Assembly: GCF_018350175.1 (NCBI RefSeq)
Contig: NC_058368.1
Span: 224,876,001 to 224,940,000 of the forward strand
Direction of reading: 5' to 3'
DNA length: 64,000 bases
Origin: Felis catus
Taxonomy: Eukaryota
Shown here: positions 40,280 to 52,385 of the stretch, piece by piece
How the letters are laid out: each line of letters opens with the position of its first letter
Numbering within the stretch: the stretch's first letter is position 1
The notes under the pieces: generated by a model
What the model was told of the DNA's origin: nothing
The model's database searches: none
The model's input: only the letters and a program-made list of their open reading frames with translations
Made by a program: the position numbers and the translations under genes

Positions 40280-40574
40280 TCTTAAATGAAAAGAACAAAG
40301 TTAAGAACAGTGTGTATAACATGTCCGCTTGCATTTTTAAAAAGCACAGACGCACACATATACCCGCCGACGATTTTCAGCAGTAGCCTCTGGAAGGGCA
40401 CACAGTAAACAGCAGCGGTGGTTGTTTCCGGCTAGAAACTTCAGGGACTTGGGGACAGGTGTGGGAAAGAGACTGATGTTTCACTGTACCTACATACTTA
40501 GACACTTTTTGAAATGTCGTGTCATGTGCTTGGATTACCTACTTAAAACAAAGTCAGAATTAAAAAAAAAAAAA
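40280..40574 (+). mobile_element. Old L1MC-like 3' end fragment with poly-A
   Basis: cttaaatgaaaagaacaaagttaagaacagtgtgtat...gtgggaaagagactg...tttcactgtac...attacctac followed by an A tract. Confidence 0.55.
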
Positions 40575-41604
40575 GGCTGTTCAAAAATAAGGAAGAAAAA
40601 TACAGTTAGGGCCATTGTCAAGTTGTTACCTATGTCGCTGAGATCGTTAAGAATGGGAGAAAGTAGAAGGTGACCCTCAGAAAGAGTCACTGCATGAGGG
40701 ATGTGAGCTAGTGTGCAGAAGGTAATTGCATCAGAGTGCCGTAGGGAATTCTGTGGTGTATTCTCTCACAACTGCATGGGATTCCAGAAGCAAAGTCATG
40801 GCCACCCACAGCCCCAGGAGCAAGGCTGGGAATACATGTAAAACAAACATTTTCTCTATTCCCAACAAATCCCGAGATTCTGTTGGTCCTCGGCTGTAGG
40901 AAATGTTGACACCAAAGGCAGCAAGAGTGAGATTTATATTATATTTGCTAGTATCTGGGTTCCCACACTATCCAGCTGTACAATGCACATCAAAATAATT
41001 TCCTAAAGAGCCTTGATCATTTTTGTCTCTCCACACTGCCTGTTTTCCATAGCCTCTGCCTGAAGCTTCTATGATGACAGATCTGGCCGTGAATTAAAAC
41101 TCTGGGTAGGACTCACTCTTAGTTCCTCTGTGCTTTTCTGGAAGACGTTTCCGATTTTATTCTGTAAGTTTCTTAGTAGTAAAAATTTGGAAACGAATTA
41201 ATTTCGGACCTATCAAAACCATCTATTTTTCAGTCACCATATTTATTTTTACCTTCTATGAAAGTTTTATTCCTCCCTAAGGCATCTTTCTTTGAACGAT
41301 CTCACATGCAACAGAACCTTATTTGTCCCACTTACTGCCTCTTACCTTTCCTCAGAGCCAGTACCCCTCAAAATTTCCCAGGCTTGCCCCCAAGAGCATG
41401 GACCATTCTTTTTTCAAAGTAGAATTTATGTCATCTTGGAAATTACCAACTCAATGGCTGAAATATCCTCTAGTAATTTTCTTGATGTCTCTTCCTATAT
41501 CTGTCCAGTTGTATGATTGTTCAGCCAATGAAATCTCTCAATTGTCATTTTGACCTCCTTACCCGCAGCTTTTGGAAGGGGGTTTTTAATGATTTTCATG
41601 ATTA

Positions 41605-41790
41605 CCAATCAATAACATTTACTGAGTACCCATCATCTGCCAGGCTCTATTCCGAGCACTATGCCTATATGAATTCTATCAATCCACTCAACAATCACCA
41701 TGGAAATAGATACAATTATTAGCCTCATTTTCTAGGTTAGCATACCAAGAAATAGCGAAGTTAAACCCACCAGACCACTCCACAGTTTGA
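41605..41790 (-). mobile_element. MIR
   Basis: aataacatttactgagtacc...gccaggctct...ccactcaacaatcacc...attagcctcattttcta. Confidence 0.7.
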
Positions 41791-43257
41791 TTCTCATAAT
41801 TCCTTTAAAAACATAGTCCTAATAACCAGCAACATAGCCTATACCCTCCCTCCCCCTCCCCCACATCCCCTTTAAGCCCCTCTTTTAAAGCAATTAGGGC
41901 AAAGGATATATTCTTTTTTGTTATTGTTGTTCCTAGAAATCTCCAAAGGATATCTTTTCTTCACTTGCGTCCTGGTAATCCTGCAGCGGCTGTCTAACAT
42001 TTTTAAAGGGTTTTTTTAATGTGTTTGTTTGAAACATCTTGTAATCTTTCTTCTGATAGATGGCTTTCCACTGCTGCTCAGACAATGTAATTCCTACAGG
42101 AAGAGAACTCTGGTCATTATATGTCTTTAGGGATTTAGGAGAGGAGGCACTCTGAATCTATGATTCATTCTTTCAGAATTTTTCTCTCTCTCCATCTAGG
42201 TGGTAACCTCAGCATCGCCAGGTCCTTTATGCTTTCACGTAAAGAAATAAAATGACTCAGGCCCCATAATAAGTGTTGGTCAGAGCTTAAGTTTCTCCTA
42301 ATTATCTCTAGCTCCAAGCTCTGAGAACTGCCGCTCTTGATTTTGCCAGTTCCCTTTGATCTTTCCTCCAGTAGCCGTACCTTCCCTCTACCCCATGATG
42401 ACCTAAAGTCATACAGTCTCTTTTCATCTTGATTTCCAGCAAACGCCACCCTCAGAAGGCAATTTTAAGGAAGAGGCTTTCATTGAAGATTCAAGAAGTA
42501 ACACCAGAGTGTTATGTAGAAACCTGAGAGAACCTAAAACTTAAAATTGAGTATCACTTATCTCTTTAACAGCCTCTCAACCATTCCCACTGCGGGGGAT
42601 TTTTCACTTCCAGAACCGCTACACCTCCAGCCCACTCACTCATTCCCTTTCTCAATAACTGCCAAAGTAAGCTCAAATGTTGTCCCTGCGTGTTAGGCAA
42701 GGCAACATGTAGTTATCAAAATTTTTGCTAAAATTAATAATGAGAATTTTTGACCTATTTACACTAAAGATTAATGATCATATGTGTGGGGAGAGGGGGA
42801 TTTTGGCTCAGATAAGGTTGAAAATTGCTTAAAGATACAAAGATCCCTCCCCTGGAAGATGTCTTCCAGCCTTTGCTGTGCCATTGTGAGCTCTATTCGG
42901 TAGGGAGATCTTGTAGGAACAATACCACTCAGCACGCAATTGGGATACTCTCTTTTTAAGATTCTTTACCTAGAAGTTTCTTCCAGGTGGTCACTGTGTT
43001 TAGATCTTCAGAACTTCAAGGACAATGCCTGATACACGGTGGGTCCTCAATAAATCTTGGATAAATCTAAAAAATATATAATGAATGAATAAATGAATGA
43101 CAGAAGAAAGAATCGGAGTTTCCTGTAACCCACTTCTGTTTTAGATTTATCGGTTCCCTTTAAGAATTATGGATTTTATGCAGGAGAATTATGATTATTT
43201 ATTGTCTGGCAAGATAACTGGGCCATCCCTCTCCAGTTTGAAAAGGAGATGGCCTCT

Positions 43258-43270
<13 letters not shown>

Positions 43271-43315
<45 letters not shown>

Positions 43316-43548
43316 CAAAAGCATCATGCTTCCAACTGGCATTATGTGACCCTCCACTTAATGCAAATCTAGGTTGAAATATATATATATTAATTTATAT
43401 ATATGTGAAATATATATATTAATATATATATTAATTTATATATATGAAATATATATATATATTGCAAAAGCAATATATATTGCAAAAGCATCATGCTTCC
43501 AACTGGCATTATGTGACCCTCCACTTAATGCAAATCTAGGTTGAAATA
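43271..43548. repeat. (TA)n tract followed by an exact 71-bp direct duplication with an AT-repeat spacer
   Basis: Copies at 43311-43381 and 43478-43548. Confidence 0.95.
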
Positions 43549-44882
43549 GAGGATATTTAGTTACAGAAAGGAAAGAATGAAGGATATTTGACTATGGAAG
43601 AGAAAGCAATAACTTCCACAAACTGAGACATGGAGAACAAAACAAGCCATCTGACTACACACTTTGCCTCTCAGGTCCTCTTGTGATCGAGGGGCTAAGA
43701 CTGTTAGTATAAACACAGGATCCTCGAGCCCAAAGGGAGATTTCTTCTGGTAACGAAGTTAATTGGTAGCGTCTGCCCATGATCGCCGGTCTGCTTACTG
43801 ATGTATTTACCACAGAACCATGAAGTAATATCCGGATCTGCTTGTTTTTCTCCTCACAAGAGAAATGTATAGATATGCAACCAATTAATTAATGTTATTA
43901 CACGCAGCTAAGATGAGGGCTTCCTCCTGTATGCATTGATGTTTGCCAACAAGGTAGATGGGTCGCAGCCCCTTACGAGCTCCCCCTCAGAGAGGGGGAA
44001 AAATATTCAAAGTTTCGGCATTATCTTTTCTAATCCAAATCACCATAAACACTCACCACGACACTCATCGTGTAGGCCAATTGTATATAATAAAATATTT
44101 GTTTCACGAAAGAAAAGAGACTATGGCACATCGTGAGGACGTTATGTCTGCTTAAGTGTCTGTTGTGGCTAAGTACTACATGTGATCAAATATGTGAATG
44201 CGTGAAAAGAATGCACACAACTCCAAGTCCTTCTTCTTCCATTTGATGGAGGACCAGTAGAAGCCAAGGGAGAATGATACTAGACCCAGGGCTAAATCTC
44301 AGCTGACTGCATCCAAAATGTGTCTACCACACATTTTAGAGCACAGTGCAAAAACAGCTGTAGAAGAAAGGCAAATTGTAATAGATGCTTAGACAACAAT
44401 GAGAAAATGCAAAGTACGAAAAGATTACTAAGACAATAACTTTCCAAAAAGCTTCAGTTTCTCTATGAAGGTATTCAAAAAAATTGATGAGGAGTGGAGG
44501 TCATGCCAGCATGGATATTGTTTGAGTTTTCTGGGGGTTGAGAGCCCCATAAACCAACTTTAATGCCAATTACTGCTGAACCCTGTAGGAAATGAAGTTA
44601 CCAATTTCTTTTAGAAGTCGAAGAAACTAAATGTAGATAGAGAAGGTGAATTGATCACATTTTCCTTGATTGTCATGATAATCCAGATGGACAATACATA
44701 AATGTTCAATAGATTTCATTTATTGATTCATTTTGATTGATAGATGGACACATAGGTAGGTAGGTAGGTAGGTAGGTAGATAGATAGATCTCAATGAGAA
44801 AATTCAAAAAAAAAGTGGAAGGTGGATGCTGGCCAACTTAAAGAATAAGATAAAATCATAAAGTAGATTCTTAGAAATGTAT

Positions 44883-45100
44883 GGGACACCTGGGTGGCTC
44901 AGTCAGTTAAGTGTCCAACTTCGGCTCAGGTCATGATCTCACAGTTCGTGAGTACGAGTCCCACATTTGGCTCTGTGCTGACAGTTCAGAGCCTGGAGCC
45001 TTCTTTGGATTCTGTGTCTCCCTCTCCCCTGCTCACACTCTGTCTGTCTCTCTCTCTCTCTCAAAAATAAAAAACAAACATTAAAATTTTTTTTAAATAA
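44883..45100 (+). mobile_element. Can-SINE
   Basis: gggacacctgggtggctcagtcagttaag head, (CT)n, A tail. Confidence 0.93.
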
Positions 45101-45250
45101 ATGTAATTCATAAAATTGGTTAAACATTGTAAAGTCTTACTTACAATGAACAATCTTGCAGTTTTGATACTGATGTATCACATGTACTGTATCATTAAAG
45201 GTTGGGTGCTTTCTCCCAAATATATTTTCTTGCTAAAATGAAGTCATTGA

Positions 45251-45490
45251 GAGGCACCTGGGTGGCTCAGTCGGTTGAGCGGCCGACTTCGGCTCAGGTC
45301 ATGATCTCACGGTCCGTGAGTTCAAGCCCCGTGTCGGGCTCTGTGCTGACAGCTCGGAGGCTGGAGCCTGTTTCGGATTCTGTGTCTCCCTCTCTCTAAC
45401 CCTCCCCCGTTCATGCTCTGTCTCTCTCTGTCTCAAAAATAAATAAACGTTAAAAAAAATTTTTTTTAAATAAATAAATAAAAAATAAAT
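45251..45490 (+). mobile_element. Can-SINE with TSD
   Basis: aaaatgaagtcattga is duplicated on both flanks. Confidence 0.95.
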
Positions 45491-46211
45491 AAAATGAAGT
45501 CATTGAGAGACTATGCCAATATATGGAAGATTTTATAAGAACACAAGTGTATCTTTTGTTTGGGGAAACGATTTGGGGGAAAAGTTCTTATCTTATATTC
45601 AGGTATACATTACAAATACGAAACTAAACAAAATGCCTTAGCTCCCTGTGTTTTGGAGAATATTTTGTTAGGAACCATGATACAAGTGAGCCATATTTCC
45701 CAAAGCATTGAAAAGCAAACGGAAGAAGTAATTATGATGTGTTAGGCAACTTGATAAAGTCTGCATTTGAAGGTTTATTGGGTCATAGTCAACACAAATT
45801 GGAAGAATTAGAGCCCGAGGGTAGGAAAATCAATTGAAAACCAAATGCACCAGTCCAAGATGAATCGTACAAAAGCCTAAACTAGGAGAGTGAGAAGAAA
45901 GAAAAAAACCAAATGATTGAGTTTAATTCAAAGACTTCAAAGGCAGCCATAATTAGGCAGATAACTTATGCGAAATACATGAAGAGCAAGGTCTAGTATG
46001 CATCTGATTATTCTAGCCCAGGACATTGACAGATTCTGTTTTTAATAAGAATAGAGAAACTTCTGTAATAACTTATTGCCACCTCTATGAGAGCCAGGAA
46101 TTGATTGTTGGGATCTGTCACATCCTGGGAAAAATTAGTTTTTTATAGTGAAAACTGGGTAAAGGGGATTTATGGACAGACTCAAAACTTCTCCTTTTAA
46201 AAGCAGTTGTG

Positions 46212-46398
46212 GGGGGCGCCTGGGTGGCTCAGAGGATTAAGTGACTGACTCTTGATTTTGGCTCAGGTCATGGTCTCATGGTGTGGTTGGGGAGACTGAG
46301 CCCAGCAGGAGACTCTGTGCTAACAGCATGGAGCCTGCTTGGGAATCTCTCTCTGTGTCTTTCCCTCCCGTTCTCAAAATAAATAAATAGACATTTGA
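46212..46398 (+). mobile_element. Can-SINE
   Basis: ggggcgcctgggtggctcag head, shortened body, aaaataaata tail. Confidence 0.9.
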
Positions 46399-46419
46399 AA
46401 ACTAGCCATGTAAAAGTTG

Positions 46420-47500
46420 AACTCTGAAAGAAATTTTATGCACGTTTTCCAGGTCTAATTTACATTTAGCGAAGCTCACTGTTTTTCCAAATGTGCCCTG
46501 CAAAGAGTTTCGAAGAGCATGACGAGTCACATAGTTTCTGATAAAACTGAAATACAGATCATTTCCATTTCTCCAAAAAGGCCTTTTACATCACTTTTCA
46601 ATCAGTCCCTTCCCCCATTTTGGCCCTTGGTGACTGACAACGTGATTCTGTCCCTACAGTTTTGGCCTTTTCTAAACTGTCATCTAAATGAAATGACAAG
46701 CCATGTAGCTTTTGTGCCATTTTTCCTTAGCCTTGGTGATCTCGACCAGCTTCCTGTGGCCGCAGGAATGGTAACTAATCCGTTCAGCAGCTGATAGATA
46801 TTTGAGCTATTTCCAATTTGTGGCAATTATGAAAACATCTGCTGTAAACATTCATATACAGGACTTTTTACAGACATAGCTTTTCATTTCTTTTGAATAA
46901 ACACCTAGGACTGAAATTGCTGGATGGATCACATGGTAAAGATATGTTCACCTTACCAGAAACTACAAGATATTTTTTCTACATATTGAAATGTTTCATA
47001 ACCTAATTCTAAAATTATAAAGTCTCTGAAAGTGAATGTAGGAGAAAGTCTATAGGACTTCAGGTTAAGGAAAGACTTCTTTTAGACAGAAGAGGAGAAA
47101 CACTACCCTTTTGAAAAACATATAAATTGGAGTCAGTCAAAATAGAACTTTCATTCTTTGAAAGACATTGCTAAGAAAATGAAAAGACCAGCCACAGACT
47201 GGGAGAAAATACTCGCAAAACATCTATCTGATAAGGGATGTGTATCCAAATTATATAAAAAATTCTTATCGCTCAATAATAAGAAGCAGGCCAAATAAAA
47301 CTTAGGCAGAAGATTTTAATAAACACTCATCGGAGAAAAGATACAGATGGTAAATAAGGACATGAAAAGATGTTCCACATCATTGATCACTAGGGAAATG
47401 CAAGTTAAACTATGATTAAGTACTGATATACACCTTTTAGAATGCCTAAATTAAAAAAAACAAAGTGCAGGTGTAGATAAAAAGCAAATGGAACATTCAT
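46420..47500. mobile_element. Old L1 fragments: minus strand ~46420-46975, plus strand ~47020-47500
   Basis: gctgtaaacattcatatacagg...cctaggactgaaattgctgg (reverse L1); aaaagaccagccacagactgggagaaaata...ctagggaaatgcaag (forward L1 ORF2 end). Confidence 0.7.
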
Positions 47501-48200
47501 AAAGCTTCTCGGCCTCTTTATATTTTGTCTCTAATGGCAGATTGATTCTTGCGAGAGAAGAATAGTCTTCTTTTGAGAGACAGGATATTTTCCTCTATAA
47601 TATTGCTTAGGAGTCTTTTGAAATCAAGCAGACAAAATTCTTCCATTTTTAGCAGGCTTGTTTTGCATAAGACACTTCTCTGAAGACCCATTAATTATAA
47701 TAAGTATGTTGGAAATCAAGGTTCTCCTAAGTACTGCTATAATAGATATGTTCAGTTTGAGAGACAGAGACAGAAAGAGAAAGAAAGAAGAAGGAAGAGA
47801 GAGGGAAGGAATAAGGCAGAGAAGGAGGGAAGGAGAAGAAACAGACCGTATTCTAACCCAGAGGCTTTAATAGCATAGAGCTACATGTGCATATTGGGAT
47901 TTTGAATCTGTCATTGTGAACCATCCCAATACTACAGGGAAATTTTTAAAATGTTAAACTACTTTACGGCTATAGACGGGCTTGTGTTCAGAATAATACC
48001 CTTTGACACTTCCTTTTTTTCCATTTAACTTTTATACAACAAATCTTTAGGCTACAGGTTACATTTTCATTGTAATAATGAAATTCATTGCCAATAAATA
48101 AGTGCATGCACAAAAAGGCAAAACTAGGGTCCCTTTAATATGTGGTATATCAGACCCTAAAAGTATCAAAGAGCTCTGATTTAAAAAAAAAAAAATTCTA

Positions 48201-48425
48201 GGGGTGCCTGGGTGGCGCAGTCGGTTAAGCGTCCGACTTCAGCCAGGTCACGATCTCGCGGTCCGTGAGTTCGAGCCCCGCGTCTGGCTCTGGGCTGATG
48301 GCTCGGGGCCTGGAGCCTGTTTCCGATTCTGTGTCTCCCTCTCTCTCTGCCCCTCCCCCGTTCATGCTCTCTCTCTGTCCCAAAAATAAATAAACGTTGA
48401 AAAAAAAAAATTTTACAAAAAAAAA
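48201..48425 (+). mobile_element. Young felid SINE (SINEC_Fc-like) with TSD
   Basis: CpG-rich body; aaaaaaattcta on both flanks. Confidence 0.96.
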
Positions 48426-50083
48426 AAAAATTCTATACACCTAACCCACATCAAAAGAGACATTTCTGCCTGAATGGAAAATTTGGCAAGAGTTGTTTGG
48501 GCATTTATGTAACCTTCCATTTGCTTTACCTACATATGTCCCCACTGATACCTACTGCCGGGCTAAGCAGAATTTAGATCTGGAATTTGCAGAGTCAGTA
48601 CCAAAGCGCAGAAAGTGAGCAGCAGGTTCAGTTTCTGGTAAAGACCCAGATCACAAGGGTGGGTGGGGGCAGCCAGGGGTCAAGGAAATTCAGAGCCAAG
48701 TGGGGCAGACGCCACGGTCAAGCACTAGAGCCAAGATGTCATCAGGAGTTCCGGATGCATCCGCAAGGACACAAGACAGGCAACAGTATCTAGAAAGATC
48801 AAATGTTGCAGCGCGCTCTAGGAAACTTTTATAGGTTAACGAGACTGAACGAACTCCTCTAACATCATAAAGATACCATCTTGACTATAAAACCCTAGGC
48901 TTGCCGAATATCCTTCTGTTATTGTTTTGGCTGTTTATAATGATTATTATCTCTATCAAGAGCACAACGATACAGCTCATTTTATATCTTCATCACTCCT
49001 TTCTTCAACCAGATCCTGGTAAACTCTTCAGATTCAAGTCATAGCTACTTTTGCACATCTCGTCTGGACGTGTGGGCACATTACAAGATTAGATACCTGA
49101 TACAATACTTGTTGACTGAACTTTTTTCACTCATAACTAGAAAAGTGATGCTATTTATATGCCGAAGAAGCACAACTACGTGCAAAACATATAGTTTGGA
49201 TTCTGGCATTTTTCACTACGTATCTTGGGAATCGCCTACATTGGATGAGCCCCAGTTGCCACATCTGCAAAATACAGACAAACAGTACTTTTCCTCCCTG
49301 AACATCAAAACCTAGGCCAAAATGTTATCCGATAGCCCCAAAAATGAAACAGACTTCGCGAACACTAGAGGAGATCTACATTAGTTGTTGGAGGAATTGG
49401 ATTCGAGGTCCTGAACCTTCCACAATAGAGCTGTGTCTCTGTAGAAAATACAGCATGCATTTAAAGGCAATTCCACTGCCAGAGACTGGGGGGGTGGGGA
49501 CAGCATCAGAACGGACAGTACCATGAGTCCCACCCATTTCAGTGCAATGCCTAACAAATTGCTCTCCATTACTGTGGGGCCCTAGACCTTGGGCCTACTT
49601 TACCTTCATTCTACAACTTACATGAAAATGGGCAAACTGCACTGGTGACATATGAGAGTTTACAATGGCTCAGAAAGAAATTGTTGGGAGAAGGAGCACA
49701 TACAGAAAGATCAGATTCATTGGTAAAGGAACCCGATTTCACATTCCACTTTCATGACAACGTGTTGGTCTAAACACATTTCTTCTTCCTAAAGAAATTT
49801 CCTTTTGAATCACCAACAAAAGATGGCACGTCAACATGCAAATGGAATGAAATGAAGACATTGCATAGGGACACGTACTATCCATGGCCAGGAAGGTGAA
49901 GAATTTCTGGATGGTACCAAGTGGATATCACTCGTCACTAAACTTGAGGCAAGCAGACTTACCCTAAAGATTAAGTGTAATATATTTCTTCAATAAAATA
50001 GCCCAAAGCTTAGGGTCGATACAAGAGATGACAAGGACGTCATGTGGAAGATTGCAGAGTAACTTCAAGAATGGTCCCGTTCC

Positions 50084-50648
50084 GCAAACTGGTGCCGCCG
50101 CTCTGGAAAACAGTGTGGACGTTCCTCAAAAATTCAAAGCAGAACTACCCTATGACCCAGCCATAGCACTACTAGGAGTTTACCCAAGGGATACAGGAGT
50201 GCTGATTCATAGGGGCACAGATACTGCAGTGTTTTAGCCCTTTCAACAGTAGCCAAATTATGGACAGAGCCTACATATCCATCAACTGACAAATGGATAA
50301 AGAAGATGTGGTTTATATATGCAATGGAATACTACTCGGCAATGAGAAAGAATGAAATCATGCCATTTGCAGCAACGTGGGTGGAACTGGAGGGTGTTAT
50401 GCTAAGTGAAATAAGTCAGTCAGAAAAGGACAGATATCAGATGTTTTCACTCATATGTGGATCTTGAGAAACTTCACAGAAGTCCATGGGGGAAGGCAAG
50501 GGGGCAATAGTTACACACAGAGAGGGAGGGAGGCAAACCATCAGGGAGGGGAGAGGGGAAAATGGGTGATGGGCATTGAGGGCAGCACTTGTTGGGATGA
50601 GCACTGGGTGCTTGTATGTAAGCCAACTGACGATAAATTACATTAAAA
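50084..50648 (+). mobile_element. 5'-truncated carnivore L1 3' end in the left arm
   Basis: gcaaactggtg...ctctggaaaacagtgtgg...gggatgagcactggg; degenerate TSD at 50067-50083 and 50649-50665. Confidence 0.92.
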
Positions 50649-50835
50649 AAAAATTATCCCATTCCCAAATGCACCTGACCAGAGCATTTCCACCAGGCGT
50701 GGATGTGGCTTGGGCTGGCTGCTAAGCAAAGTGGGAATTCTGCCAAAGCAGACCTGGGTTATTGGTGTTAGGAGAGAAAGAAAAGATAAACGGTTCTCCA
50801 GCTAACTTCCAGCCACGACACACACGCAGGGTAAA

Positions 50836-50846
50836 ATGACTCAGCA
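50836..50846 (+). promoter_or_regulatory. Consensus ARE/MARE (NFE2/NRF2-Maf, AP-1) motif, function untested
   Basis: ATGACTCAGCA; mirrored at 55550-55560. Confidence 0.3.
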
Positions 50847-52194
50847 CGGCAATACCATCCCCAGAAACTTTCATTTGCAAAGTCAATCCTTCCTTATACT
50901 CTTTTCACGGGAAACTAAAATTCCAGCTGGAAGCAAACACCCCTAATATCCTATCATCAGAAGACAAACGTTTGTTTGGTTTAGAACGTAGACACCAGGA
51001 GAAAACTGGTGAAGAACTCTGACGACTGTCCCATAGCCAGGAAAGCAAAATGGCTTCTCCAAGCATTACTGTCTGGTTTTCCCACAGTAAAAAATAAATA
51101 TAATGATACTAATAATGGTAATAATAATAGTATAATAATAATGTTTTAAATAAAAACAAAGAAAACAACACAGACCAAAAAATCCACGTGTTGGTATTGC
51201 TAAAACATGCCTCTAGGAAAGCAAATTGATTTCCTACAGAGCTAAGGTAAGCATATTCACCTGTTGACACAGGTACATGACTCAGCTCAGAGCTTTTTGA
51301 AAGAATCCGTGTCAGCTGCAAAATGTGGATCCACACCATCAATTCTAAGAATTGGCACTGGTGTTAGATAATGTGACATTGGAGGACATTCGCTATCCTG
51401 AAAAGAAACTCAAACAAAGACAATAATCGCCTTTCTGTAATGAAACAAGGTTAACATAGGAAAATAGAAAGAATGTTAGTTAGTATTCTCAGTGGAAATT
51501 GAAACCATATTACATTCATAAATCAAGAGCAGAATACTATGACAAATGAATCAAAAAAAATCAAAGGAATTTTTAAAATGTGACTGCTGACATTTTAAAG
51601 CATTCAGTCTTAGCCATGGAATACATGGTGGATGCGGACATTATTTTTCTTTCTTTTCCAATAGAAAATGAGTTGCACTGTATTAAAAAATCTACCCACC
51701 TGCACGTGCCCTCCTCCCAAGGAAAGTTGGATGACAGTAACAACGAACAAAAAATAAATTAGTATTTTGAACAAATATAATACATAAAAGCAAACTTTTT
51801 TTCTTTAAATACTAATACAATTAGAACTTTCTTGCAAACGTTCCCAAGAATAAAGAAATGAATGGAGGAAAAGTAACCATAGAGACAAAAAGGATAAAAT
51901 GTTGTATGGGAGTAAAGTATAACATTATATTGATAAGTTTGTAAATACACATTTTTTTTGGAAAATATAAATGACCAACCTCACCTAACAAAAGATTTAG
52001 AAAGCCTGAGTCAAAAACAAGGGCGCCAGATGCCATAAGACTTCACCAGTTGGTTTTAGCAAAGCGTCGATTTTGTGTGTGTGTGTGTGGTTATTCCAGA
52101 GCAGATAAACACATGACCCATCAAATATTTTTTATAAAGTTGCTATGACTCTAATATCCAAGGAACAAAGATGGCATAAAAACTATGACAGATA

Positions 52195-52385
52195 GGGTCG
52201 TCTGCATGACTCGGTTGAGTGTCCAACTCTTGATTTCGTCTCAGGTCACGATCCCAGGGTTGTAGGATCAAGCCCCACGTCGGGCTCCATGCTGAGTGTG
52301 GAGCCTGCCTGGGATTCTCTCTCCCTCTGCCCTTCTCCCCCCATTTGCAAGCACTTGTGTGCTCTCTCTCTCTCTAAAAAAATAT
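52195..52385 (+). mobile_element. Can-SINE
   Basis: ccaactcttgatttcgtctcaggtcacgatcccagggttgtaggatcaagccc. Confidence 0.88.

Larger units (their letters stand above)
48845..51189 (+). repeat. Left arm of a large inverted repeat (~2.35 kb)
   Basis: Reverse complement of 55207-57552; the ORF track also gives near-identical peptides on opposite strands (50028+/56160-, 50455+/55751-). Confidence 0.98.
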
